64,000 nucleotides of DNA from Candidatus Altimarinota bacterium (GCA_026988025.1 JALSMB010000008.1:1335-65334), one strand, 5' to 3'; shown: positions 36,588 to 48,753, counted from the stretch's first letter. Translations and numbers: made by a program. The notes: generated by a model from the letters alone, not told the origin.

Positions 36588-37845
36588 TATAGAAAGTAAA
36601 TTACAAAATAAATGAATAACAAAAGAGGATCTTGAAAAAAGAGATGAATTATTATCTTGAACTAAAGATAAAAAATCTCAAAATATTAGAAGTTGTTATG
36701 AAGTTATGGTACATAAATTATGCCAAGAAAAATGTTTTTTTTGTAGTCAGGATCATGCAAGTAGAATTACTGATGTTAAACCTGATGATTTAGATATTTA
36801 TAAAAGAATTTTGTTTTGAGTAAAAGAGTGATATTGAATGTTAGGTTTTACATGATGAGAACCTCTTATACATCAAAATATTATTAATTATATAAAATTT
36901 GCTTCTAAAGCATGATTTAAATTAGTTAGAATTCAAACTAATTGAGTTATGCTTTGAAATCCTTGATTTGCTAAAAAATGTGTTGATGCTTGAGCAACAC
37001 TTTTTAAGTTTTCTATACATCATTATAAATCAGAAATACACGATTATTTAGTATGACTACCATGAGCTTTAAAAAAAGTAGAATATTGAATAAAAGAATT
37101 AAGAAAACTTTGATGTAGAATGTGAATAAATATTGTACTTACAAAACAAAATTATAAAGATTTGCCTGAATTTTTATTACATTATTTAAATCTATGAATA
37201 TCTTCATTTGTAATTATTTTTCCACTTTACGAGAATAGTATGAAAGATGAAGCGGATGTAGTATGATTTAAATTTTCTGAATCTATTCCATATATAATAA
37301 AATCATTACATATATTTGATAAATTATGATTAAAAAGACCACTTGTTCTAAATTTACCAATGTGTTTACTACCTTGATATGAAAGTGCTATAATTCAGAC
37401 TTTTAATTGAACAGCAGTCTTAAATCTTGATTGATCAAAGACTAATATTGATGATAATAAGGCCTGATGAAAGAAGAGGGTAAAAATATGCTCTGATTGT
37501 GAGCATAATAAAATTTGTTTCGGTGTAGATGAAAAATACTTGGCTGTATTTTGAGAATGAGAATTTCAAGAAAAAAAGGAAAAATTAAATTTTAATTTTT
37601 CTTTAGAGGATTTAAAAATACAGAAGTATTTTTCTGATAATGAATTATGTTTAATTGAAATATTACAATATAAAAATAATTTAAAAATTAAAGATATAGC
37701 TGAATTAAAAGATAAATTTCAAATATGTAAAGATTGTGATAATATGGATAAAATTTGAGAAGTAGAAGAAAGTTTAGTAAAAAAATGAATTATTTTAGTG
37801 AAATGACAGTGATTAGAAAAGAAATATAGTTTAATTCCTAAATAA
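36577..37845 (+). CDS. Radical SAM protein (HxsC-like architecture) with a C-terminal extension
   Basis: VHKLCQEKCFFCSQDH, FTGGEPLI and CSDCEHNKICFG, followed by about 90 aa of helical tail containing ICKDCDN. Confidence 0.8.
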
Positions 37846-37864
37846 TATAATATTTTTTAGGAAT
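37834..37864. terminator. Hairpin between convergent genes (bidirectional terminator candidate)
   Basis: attcctaaa / tttaggaat 9-bp stem spanning both stop codons (37843-37845 on + and 37857-37859 on -). Confidence 0.45.
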
Positions 37865-39197
37865 AATTGAAAATATTTTTAATTATTTTAATTAAAAAGT
37901 TAAATATATTTTTGAAGATTTTATCTTGTAAGAAAAAAGTAATTAAAAATCATAGTAATATATAAGAAGCAAAAGAAAATGTATTTAGAATTTTTATAGT
38001 TATATTTTTTGTAAAATTAGTAGTTTTGTTGTTTATATGCCAACTATTTGTAATAGTAAATGATTTTTTAATAATCTTTAAAGTATTTTTATTAATAGGA
38101 TTTTTGATATTTTGGAAATAATTAGTTGGAGAGGGGGATAATATTTTTTTAGTATATTTTCTATTTTTATCTGGAATATGTCATAATCATATTTGATTTC
38201 AGAACATTTTTATTAAATATTCTTTATCTACCACAACACCTTCTTTTAAATCTTTTATATTAATATACTTATATTCAGCTATTCAAAATGTAATTTTATA
38301 AGAAAAAACTAAAATTTTGGTTATTAAATATATAGTTAAATAAATAGTAAAAATTTTAAATAAATAATTTTTAATTTCATTTGGATTTTGTAAATATTCA
38401 TAAATTATAAAACTAATCAAAAATATACTTAAAAATATAAGTAAAATATTTCAAATTAAATTAATATTTATTTTTAATTTTTTAGCTAAAAATTCTTTTA
38501 GTTTATTGATTCAAATTTTAAATAAATATAATCATCATATAAATATTAAAATAAATAAAATAATGATATAAATATTATATTTATCAATAATATTTTGTAA
38601 TATTTGCACTTTTCAAGTATTTGAATAAAGAATAGAATTTAATGAATATATTCTTATTAATCTTATACTTACAAAAATAAGTAAAAAAATAACTAACCAT
38701 TTTAATATTATTTTATAAGTATTTCATCATTTATTTCACTTATGAACTTTCCATTTTTCACTTAAATCTTGCTTTATATTTATCCATAAACTTTGTCTAT
38801 AATTTTTATTGAATAGAACTTTTCATAAATAAAAATATATAAAATATCAAAGTAAATATATTAAAGTAATTAATGCTATATTTCAGATAAAAGGTATTAT
38901 TCCCATATAAGGAATAAATAAAGCTAAGACAAGTAAATACTTAGCATCTCAAGCTGCCCAAATTCAAAAATAGTATAATACAAAACTAATTAAAAAAGTT
39001 AAAAATATTTGTCATACAAATAATAGATAATTAACTTCAGGAAAACTAAAAAAAATATAAATATAATAAAAAGGGATAAGTAATAGTAAATATCCTAAAT
39101 ATTTATTAGGAATTTTTTTAAATTTTAAATCTGAAACAACAATTTTATAATTTAAATATAAAAAGGGAAGAGTTAGTATGTATAAAATATATTGCAT
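37857..39197 (-). CDS. A24-family aspartic peptidase (prepilin-peptidase-like) with a long C-terminal membrane extension
   Basis: The minus-strand frame has no TAA or TAG from 39197 to 37860; I listed every tta/cta triplet. First Asp motif VVSDLKFKKIPN, second IWAAGDAKYLLVLALF, then about 290 further residues with more hydrophobic segments. Confidence 0.65.
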
Positions 39198-39248
39198 TTG
39201 TTTTTTGAAAGTATATAATTTATATAATTATATTTTAAATACTAGTTT

Positions 39249-40385
39249 ATGCAAAATTTAAAATACTATGTTTTATGAACAAGAAATTCATCACTTTTAA
39301 AAGAATATTTAGATAAATATTACAATAAGCTTATTTCTGATTTAGAAAATATAAAAAATCTCCCTTTCCCAAAGCGAGTACTCGAAGAATGAGGGGCGGG
39401 GGTTATAAAAAGTATAAATAATTTATTAAAAATAGAAAATAAAAACTTTATTTTAAATGCAGATATATCATCTTTAATTCAATCTATTATTTTAGAAAAT
39501 AATTTAGAATCTATAAGTAAATTAAAAAAAGAAATAAATATTTTTTTAGAAGAATGAATTGAATCAGAAAATCTTATTCAAAATAAATGACAAAAAATAG
39601 CTTGAACTAATATAAGATTAACATCAGATGATAATAATCCATACAATAAAATGGAAGCTCATCCAGATCATATAAACGAGTGAGCTGTATCTTGAAATTG
39701 GTGAGAAAAAACAGAAGAAGAGTGGTTAGAAGTATATGAAAAAACTTTCAATTTATTAAAAACTCTTGATGAGTGAGTTTTTGATGAATTAAATCAAATA
39801 ATTACAAAAATAATACCACTTGGAACTGCAAAGTGAATGCATAACTCAGCAAGTTATAAAGAATGTGTATGACATCTATATATGTGATATACTATAGATG
39901 CAGGAACTCCTGAAATAAATAACCTAGAAGCTATAATTCATGAATCAAGTCATAATAAATTAAATTTAATATTACAATTTGATCCAATAGTATTAAATGA
40001 TAAAAGTTTAAAATATTATTCAGCAATTAGGCCAGATGCTAGACATATTCATTGAGTATTTCTTGGTTATCACGCTTTTGCACCAACTATGTATATAGTT
40101 ATGAAAGCATATAAAGATTGACACTTATGAAATGATGAACATTGGCTTGAAAAGATAGTTTTATATCATATAAAAACTAAATTTTTACAAAAAGTTATAA
40201 AAAAATATGCAAAACTTACAGATTTATGAAAAGAGATAAGTGAAGAAATAGATTACGTTATTTCTAAAATGGATATTTTATTCAAAGAAATTAATCCAGA
40301 TAAAGAAATAATAAAAAGAGCAAAACAAAGACAAATAGAGCATTTTAATGAAGTAAATAGAAATTATCCACAATTGGAATATTAG
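39249..40385 (+). CDS. HExxH-motif peptide-modifying protein (mod_HExxH / aKG-HExxH hydroxylase-like)
   Basis: EAIIHESSHNKLN, followed by YYSAIRPDARHIHGVFLGYHAFAPT, in a 378-aa protein of the expected size. Confidence 0.6.
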
Positions 40386-40414
40386 AAATTTGCATTAAAA
40401 CAAAAAATATGAGA

Positions 40415-40453
40415 AAATAATAGAGAATTAATTTATATCTCTATTATTTTTTT
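40415..40453 (+). terminator. Rho-independent terminator
   Basis: Perfect 12-bp stem aaataatagaga / tctctattattt with an 11-nt loop and a T run. Confidence 0.7.
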
Positions 40454-42613
40454 ATGAGAAAAACTGTATTTTTAATTTTTGTATTAGTATTATTATGATC
40501 AAATAATACCTTTTCAGCTAATACCTATGATTGAAATTTAAATTATAATAATAATACTATTGAATGTTTAAATCAGTCTAGAAATGATACTTCTGGTACT
40601 AAATATATACCAAAAGTAAATAATTTTTCTGCACCTACATCTGCAAATGCAGATTTATGTGAATCGTACTGATTTTTTTGATGAGTATGGAGTTCTTGGT
40701 ATCCTATTAATAATAACTATACCTGTCCATCAAGTTGATATGCATCTATATTGGAAAGAAGAAACTCTGATACTGAATATAGGGTAAAATGTAAAACTAG
40801 ATTTGATGACACTTTAGTTGAATTGGATTCTGCCCCATTACAAGATAAATCTATTATTGCTGATTGACAAAATAAAAATGTCGAAATATCGTTTCCATTA
40901 TCTTCTGTTGAGTCAGATATAAATTATATTGATTTTATATTTATTGTAACTGATAATACTTCTATTGATTGGTTAACTAAAAATAAAAATACTATTAGTT
41001 CTAGTGTTGTTACTATAGAAGATACAACTACAGATAGTTTTACCTCTCAAATTAGAACAGTAACTTACAGATTGATAAATGGTTGAAATTTAGAAACTAT
41101 GAAAAGTTGAGATAAATTTAATTTTATATATAAATTTTATAATCCAACAGAAGTTGCAACAGATATTTTTCCAGCAATAAGTGATTGATTTATTTATAAT
41201 ACAATTAAGTATGATATTGTATTTACAGATTGAGGTTCTATTAATTGATATTATGTTGAAGATAAAGCGGATAATACAAATATAAACTCTTCTACTATTC
41301 CAGTTAAATTAAAGCCATTAATTGAATTAAATAATACTTGAATTTTAATTGGTAGTGGGTTCGTAGAATGAACAACTCAGACATGATGATTAGATATAAT
41401 TAATAATAACTGATCTGTTACATTGTGAAGTGCAGGATTGTATTTATCTATGACTTGAAGTATAACTAAGCCTGAAGCAGTAGATTATTTTACTTGAACA
41501 TGAAATATTGATTGATGAACTAAACAAACTATTGATAAGCCTACATTAACAAATATTTTTTTAAGTGATTTTACTAATTGACTTAGTTATGTTTTAGAAA
41601 CATTATTTACATTAGTTGACTCATCAGGATGATATATTGATGATATTAAAGATATTAGATTAAGAGAATTTGTTAAATATACTATTTGAGGTAAGACTAT
41701 TACATATTTAGTTTGAGTATTAAATCAAACAAATAGTAATAACTTTGAAACTTTAAAAATATACTGAAAAACAAATATTAGCGATAAAAAACAAAAAGAT
41801 TTAGTTGCTAACCAAGATTCATTAGATATTCAAAATTTAGCTTGAAATATTACGAAAGCATCACTTAAAAGAGATATTAAAAAAAGAGCCATTAATACAA
41901 TTAAGTTTATTGATACATCATCAATAACTCTTACGGCAGTTAATGATATTACAAATAATTCTTGGGATAATGGTAATTGAGGTAAAATTTTATGAAAAAT
42001 ATTATTTTATAATTATTCTTGAGTTGATGTATGAAAAAATGCTATAATATGAGATTGAACTGAATTATCTATTACATGAAGAAAAACATTAATTGTAAGA
42101 TGATGAAATATTAGAATTAAATCAAATATTATTAATACTAGTTCATCTGATATTCTTTGAATAATAGTATTAAAAGATGATAATTGAAATTGAGGTAAAG
42201 TATATATAGATAGCTCTGTTGATGAAGTTGATGCTGTTATCTATGCTGATAAATCAATTATTTGATATAATGATATTTATGATAATTGAGATAGTGATAG
42301 TATTATAAAACATGAAATTGATTGAAATATTAATAATAATATTTTAGATAATCAATTATATATTTATTGAAGTGTTTTTACTGAAAATACTATCTGAGCG
42401 TCTAGAATAGATCCACCTGTTTGTCCATTTTGGACTACTGTTCAAGGTATTACTTGTAATACTATTGAAGCTCAAAAATATGATTTTAATTATTTAAGAA
42501 CATGATTGTGAGTTAATCCTAAATTTGTTCCTATTAGTTGAAATAATTACCCAGTTGTAATTAAATATAATTCATCTATACAATCTACACCACCTCCATT
42601 ATTTGGTGAATAA
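40454..42613 (+). CDS. Large secreted protein (hypothetical, 719 aa)
   Basis: Signal peptide MRKTVFLIFVLVLLGSNNTFSA. Asn/Thr/Ser-rich beta-type sequence with C-terminal conserved-looking Cys (PPVCPFWTTVQGITCN). Confidence 0.6.
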
Positions 42614-42646
42614 AAAAATAATCGTTTATAAACGATTATTTTTTTA
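42612..42646. terminator. Bidirectional terminator between convergent genes
   Basis: Perfect palindrome aataatcgttta|taaacgattatt flanked by an A6 run and a T5 run. Touches both stop codons. Confidence 0.8.
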
Positions 42647-44086
42647 GAAAAATTTTATTTTATCAGCATTAGGATGCTCTCTTAATTTTTCTAGTGTTTT
42701 AGCTTCTATCTGTCTTATTCTTTCTCTTGTAACTCAGAATTCTTTACCTACTTCTTCAAGAGTATGTACATCTCATCAATCTAGACCAAACCTCATTATT
42801 ATTATTTTTCTTTCTCTAGGAGTAAGAAAATCAAGCATTTCATATAAATTATCTTTTAATAAATTCATATTTGTTTGAACATCTGGAGTTGGATTTTTAT
42901 CATCTTCAATAAAATCTCATAAACATGTATCTTCTTCTGATCAAACAGGAGAGTCCAGAGATAATATATCTTGAGAAATTCTCATTATTTGTCTTACTTT
43001 TCTTATGTCCATATCTAGCTCAGTTGCTAGTTCTTCCATAAGAGGTTCACGAGTAAGTTCTTGAGTAAGCCTTCTATAAGTATGAGTAAATTTATTGATT
43101 GTTTCAATCATGTGAACTGGAACTCTTATAGTTCTAGCTTGATCAGCTATTGCTCTAGTAACTCATTGTCTTATCCACCAAGTTGCATAAGTAGAAAATT
43201 TAAATCATTTTTCAGCATCAAATTTATCAACAGCCCTAAACAATCAAACATTTCATTCTTGAATAAGATCTAGTAAACCTAAACCTCTTCACATATATTT
43301 TTTAGCAATAGATACTACAAGTCTTAAATTAGCAGCAGCTAATTCTTTTCTAGCTTCCATACTACCAGCTTTAATAGCTTTTCAAAGTGAAAGTTCTTGT
43401 TCTCATGTAAGAAGTTCAACTCTTCAGATTTCATTAAGATACATCCTAATAGAATCATCACTTATTTCAGAAAGTGAAATAGACTGTTTAGAATCTTTTT
43501 TATCTTTTTTATCTTGACTAGTAAATAAGTTTTCTTTATCTAAATTATCTACTATATCAATTTTTAAAGTTAAAAATCTAGTATAAATTTCATCAAGTAA
43601 TTCTATGTCATCTTCTGCATTAGGCATAGCAGCCATTACTTCATCTTGAGTTACTTTAGAATCTTTTTTACCTTTTTTCATTAATTCTTGAATTTCTTCA
43701 GGCATTCATTCTAATAATTCTTCAGGTACTTTAACATCTATAAATTCTTTTAATCATTTACCAACTCTTCTTTTATCTTCACTTCTTTCTTTAGGTAATT
43801 TACTTAATCCTACTTCTTTTTGTAAAGCAACTGCTATTTCTTCTCAATCTTTAGTTAAATCAATTTTTTCTAATTTTGCTAATTCTTCTTCACTAGGACC
43901 ATCTTCTAATTCTAAAAAAGCTTCTTCTAAATCTTCTTTTATATCTAAAGGGTTTTTAGCTTCAGTATTTTTTCAAATATTTATATCTTTAAGTCAGTCT
44001 AAGTCTAATCATGCTTTTTTTAGATTTCATAAATCTAGTTTATCTAAATCTATTTCTTCTATATTGTTATCTTTTTTTGTAGACAT
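42644..44086 (-). CDS. rpoD: RNA polymerase sigma factor RpoD (sigma-70)
   Basis: [20 protein letters not shown] (region 2.3/2.4) read from the reverse complement of 43141-43200. C-terminus [17 protein letters not shown], and the length is exactly 481 codons. Confidence 0.93.
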
Positions 44087-44179
44087 TATTTTTTTGGTAA
44101 TGTATTAGAATTTTACTGCAAAATTATAGAGGAAATAGGTATAAAATCAAGTTTTATTTTATACTAATCTTTTTTTATT

Positions 44180-45859
44180 TTAAGAATTTTTACTAATTCA
44201 ATATATTTTTCATTTTTTTATAAGTTCAGTATATTTAATTAAAGCATTATTATCTCAGTTACTTATTCATTTTTTTAATATTTTTTCTATTTTAATATAT
44301 GTATTTTTATTTAAGTCTTTACATATTTTATATAACTCTATATTTAAATGTTCACTAGTAGTATGTTCACTATCAGTCTCAATTTTTAAAGAAATTCATC
44401 TTAATCTTTCTTTTTTATTTAATTCTAGATTATCAATATATGATAATCATTCTTCAAGTATAGATTTTAAATCATTTGATAATCATTCTTTGAATAACAT
44501 ATGTTTATTAAAAAAATCTATGTTTTCTTTATTTAAAATACAATATCAAATAGCTATTTCTTCACTTGTAATTTTTTCTACTGACGAATTATCTTCTTTA
44601 CTTGTATTTGTAGTAAATTTAATCCTATTAAAAGAATCATAAACTATATTTTGATTTATATCTAATAATTTAGATATTTCTTTTAAATAATAATCTTTTT
44701 CTATATTATCAGAATATGATTTAACAATATTTAATAATTCGATTAATAGTTTCTTTTTTTCATCAATACTTTCAGTATTGAAATCTGATTTTTTAATATA
44801 ATATCAGATAGGAGTTAATGCTCATTTAATATTTTCATTAAAATCTCAACCTGATTTAATTATGTCATCTGGATCTTTTCACTTTGGTAAAGAAATTATT
44901 TTTACTTCAAATCAATTATTTTTCATTTTTTCAAGAGCAGATTTTGTGGCTTTTTCTCATGCTGAATCTCAATCAAAACATAAAAATATTTTTTTTGTTA
45001 ATCTTTTAATTAATATTAAATGTTTATCTGTTAATGCACTTCATGAAACAGCAACTGTATTTGTAAATCATGCAGAATGTAGAGATATAGTATCCATTTG
45101 TCATTCTGTGATAATGATATGATCTTTTTTAGTTATTTCTGTTCTAGCATTAAAAAGTCAATATAATATATTTGATTTATCATATAAATCTGAGGCAGGT
45201 GAATTTAGATATTTTGGTTCTCATGATCAAAGTATTCTTGCTGTAAATGCTACAAAATCTCATCTAGCATTTTGAATAGGAAATATTAACCTATTTATAA
45301 ACTTATCTTTTTTAGTTTTTATATCTAGAAAAATATTTGATTTTTTTATTAAGTCATCATCATAACCTTTCTTTTTCAGGTAAGCAAAAAGTTCAACTCA
45401 ACTGTCTGCATAACCAAAATGGAAATCTTCCATTACTTGTTCATTTAAACCTCTGTCATATACATATTTTTTTACTTCAGGATATTTTTTGAGAGCATTT
45501 TTATAATAATTAACAGCATCTTTATATAATGAATAAATATTTTTCTTTGCTTCGTGTTTTTCTTTATCAAAGTTTGAATTAATAGCAATTCATGTATATC
45601 AACCTAATATTTCTATAGCTTCTCTAAATTCACAGTTTTCTATATCCATTATAAATTTTATAGGTCAACCTCATTTATGACAGCCAAAACAATATGCCAT
45701 TTGTTTAACAGGAGACACCATAAAACTAGGAGTTTTTTCATTATGCCCAGGGAATGGACAATTTGATTTATAATTGACTCCTGCTTTTTTTAAACTGGTA
45801 TACTTTGATACTAATTCTACTATATCAATGGCTGATTCTAACTGTTCAGAAATACTCAT
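44180..45859 (-). CDS. dnaG: DNA primase
   Basis: Zinc finger [37 protein letters not shown] motifs IITEGQMD and CFDGDSAGEKA, 560 codons. Directly upstream of rpoD. Confidence 0.9.
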
Positions 45860-45913
45860 TTATTTAAGTTATTTTTATTATTTATATTTTAGATGTTTTA
45901 TTTGTTTTGTAAA

Positions 45914-45941
45914 GAAAAAAACTGATGTTAATCAGTTTTTT
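45914..45941 (-). terminator. Rho-independent terminator (minus strand)
   Basis: aaaactgat / atcagtttt stem with loop gtta. The plus-strand A run gives a U tail on the minus transcript. Confidence 0.65.
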
Positions 45942-46629
45942 ATGCTACAAAAATTAAATCTAAATTATAATTTCCTTTTGATGTCTTTATTGTTAATTCT
46001 CATTCTGTTTGAGACTGTTCTTTTCTATACTTATTTCATTCTATGAATATAGTATTACCTTTTTCTATTTGTTCTCTTCATAAACGAATTCAGAATTGAT
46101 TATAAATACTTACATAATCACTTCAATCATAGTTTATTTGATATTTTTCAATTCTATTAGATCAATCTCTTTGTAATAGTAATTTATATCTATTTTTTCT
46201 TATTTTTTTGATATTATGCATTGTCAATTTGTGTTCTTCTCAGCTTTTTTCTTTATATTCTCATCATAATATTCAAAAATTTATATTATTTGGAAAAATA
46301 TGTATTTTTTCTTTATAATCTTGTTTTTCCAATACTGTTTTTAAATCTTTTAATTGTTTTAAATCATCTTTCGAGTGTTTATTTTCTAACTCATAATCTA
46401 TATATGTTATAACTTTTTTTTGATCCTGATTAGCATCAATTAAATCAAATAGAGGAGCATCAACTCATTTACTTTGATCTTTTTCTAAATAATGATCAAT
46501 ATATAACTTATATTCATCTTGTACTTCTTGAATTGTTTCACTTTTTGTTTTAAATTCTGATTGTTCAGCTTTAAAGTCTAGATTATTTGCTTGATTTGAT
46601 ATTTGTTCAGTATAAAATTCTTCTTTCAT
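45940..46629 (-). CDS. Hypothetical protein
   Basis: 230 codons open under code 25 (MKEEFYTEQISNQANNLDFK...). No motif recognised. Confidence 0.5.
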
Positions 46630-46761
46630 TTTTTTGTATTATATATTATATACTAAAATTTTATCATATATGTTTTTTATTATCAAAAAATGTATATATA
46701 ATATCATTAAATATGTTTTATAATATATAAATAAAAAAAATTTTGTTAATTAGTTTTCATT

Positions 46762-47568
46762 TTACTTATTAAATTGTAGCATTAAATGAACACCTATTTC
46801 TTTTAAATATACTTCTTTTTCGACTCATTTTATATAACTTTTTGTTTTTGAAAATTTATTAACTTTTTGAATTTTAGTATATTTATTTTTAAAATTTATT
46901 TTTCTATAAGAGTTTTTATTTTCCTCTATAAATTCTTCTTTGTGTGTAATATTACTATATCATAGATAATCATTTTTATTAAATGATTTTCATTCATAAA
47001 ACTCTATAATATTTCATCAATTATATTTAATTCAAATTTCTACATTTTTATTTCTTGAATATTTATATTTGAATATTCAACGGTTACTTCTTTTTATTTT
47101 TTGAAAATTAATTTTTAATATATGTTTGTTATTTCATATATATTCAATATTATTTCTTCAATCAAATTTATATGATCATATATATCAACTAGAAATATGA
47201 AAATCTCTTTTTCATATATTTTCTGTTTGTTCCTTTAGTGAATGTAATTTATCTTGTAAATCTCATATTTGATCGACATCATCATAATTTATATCAGAAT
47301 TTATTTTTCAATTATCTACTAGATATTTTAAATAATTTAAAAATTGAATTTTATTTTTATCTCTAATAACTTTTCTAAGTAATCTATCTCAAGCTTTTTG
47401 TCATGAAATATCTTCATAGTTTTTACTTAAAATTTGATTTAATCTTTTGTTATATAATCATCACATTTTATTAAAAATATTAGCTTTTTCTAAATATATA
47501 TTTTGTTTTCAATAAAAATCTTTTGCAGACTCAATATATCATGTATTCTCACTTAATTTATTATTCAT
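46762..47568 (-). CDS. Hypothetical protein
   Basis: 269 codons open under code 25 (MNNKLSENTGYIESAKDFYGKQ...). Confidence 0.5.
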
Positions 47569-47670
47569 AATTATATTTTATTATATATTTATATTATTTT
47601 ATCATAAAACTTCCATATTTTCAAAAAAGAGCTATAATTTAAAAAATTTATAAATTAAATACTTTATTTT

Positions 47671-48327
47671 ATGTTTATAGTTATTGATTGAATAGATTGA
47701 GCAGGGAAGTCTACACAGATTAAATTAATTAAAGAAAATCTTGAGAAAAACTGAAAAACTGTAAAAGTGATTAGCTATCCTAGATATAATGAGGAGTCTA
47801 GTTTTATGGTACATAAGTATTTAAATTGAGATTATGGTAGGGATGTTTGAGCTAAGCAAGCAAGTATTTTTTATGCTATTGATAGGTTTGATTCTAGTTT
47901 TGATTTAAAAGAAGATTTAGAAAATTATGATTATATTATTACAGATAGATATGTTTCTGGTAATATGATTCATCAAGCTGGTAAAATTCAAGATTATAAA
48001 GAGAGAGATGATTTTTTAGAGTGGTTAGAAGATTTAGAATTTAATATTTTTAATATCCCTAGACCAAATAAAGTGATATTTTTAAATATTTCAGCAAAAC
48101 AAAGTATGAAAAATACTCAAAGTAGATGATGAGAAGATAAAGAATATATTACTTGAGATAAAAAACAAGATATCCATGAAGATGATAAAAATCATTTAAT
48201 AAATGCTTGTTTATCTGCAAATTTTGTAGCTAAAAAATATAATTGGATTAAGATTGAATGTGAAGATAATTGAGAGATGAAGAGTATTGATAATATTAAT
48301 GAAGAAGTGATGGAAGAAATTTTGTAG
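47671..48327 (+). CDS. tmk: Thymidylate kinase
   Basis: MFIVIDGIDGAGKSTQIKLI P-loop and DRYVSGNMIHQ. Confidence 0.88.
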
Positions 48328-48352
48328 CCTCCTTCCTTTTGAAAGGAAGGAA
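48328..48352 (+). terminator. GC-rich hairpin after tmk (weak terminator candidate)
   Basis: ccttcct / aggaagg stem, with no clear T tail. Confidence 0.35.
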
Positions 48353-48395
48353 TTCAAGGATGGATTAGAAATAAAAAGATTAATTACAAAAAATT

Positions 48396-48752
48396 ATGAC
48401 TACAAAACAAAAATGAGATAAATGAGAAGTAATAGCTATTAAATATTTACAAAAAAAATGATATCAAATACTTGATACAAACTTTAAGTTTTGAAGATTT
48501 TGAGAAGTAGATATTATTGCAAAAACTGATAATTTAATAGTTTTTATAGAAGTAAAATATAGACAAAATACAAATTATTGAACTCCAGAAGAAGCTATAA
48601 CTGCAAATAAGCTTAAAAAATGTAAAAAAACTGTAGAATTTTATTTAGCTAAAAATCAGTATGATTTTGAAAATATTAGGTTTGATGTTATTACAATTTT
48701 AAAGTGAGAAAAAAGTTACAAATTAAAACATTATAAAAATATAGAAATATAA
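48396..48752 (+). CDS. YraN-family endonuclease (UPF0102)
   Basis: [37 protein letters not shown]...IVFIEVKYR. Confidence 0.85.
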
Positions 48753-48753
48753 A

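Noticed and set aside
39361-39402. A local GC-rich island inside the HExxH gene: tccctttccc, then the perfect palindrome cgagtactcg at 39375-39384, then gaggggcggggg. It could be a structured RNA or a binding site.
   Set aside because: It lies in frame in a coding region (LPFPKRVLEEGGAGV). The C-run and G-run arms pair only imperfectly, and it occurs once. The evidence is insufficient for a distinct element.
44087-44179. The intergenic gaps 44087-44179, 46630-46761, 52252-52376 and 62749-62832 were inspected for tRNA or small RNA genes.
   Set aside because: None shows a cloverleaf-compatible stem arrangement, a conserved T-loop (GTTCxAxxC-like) or strong hairpins beyond the terminators already listed.
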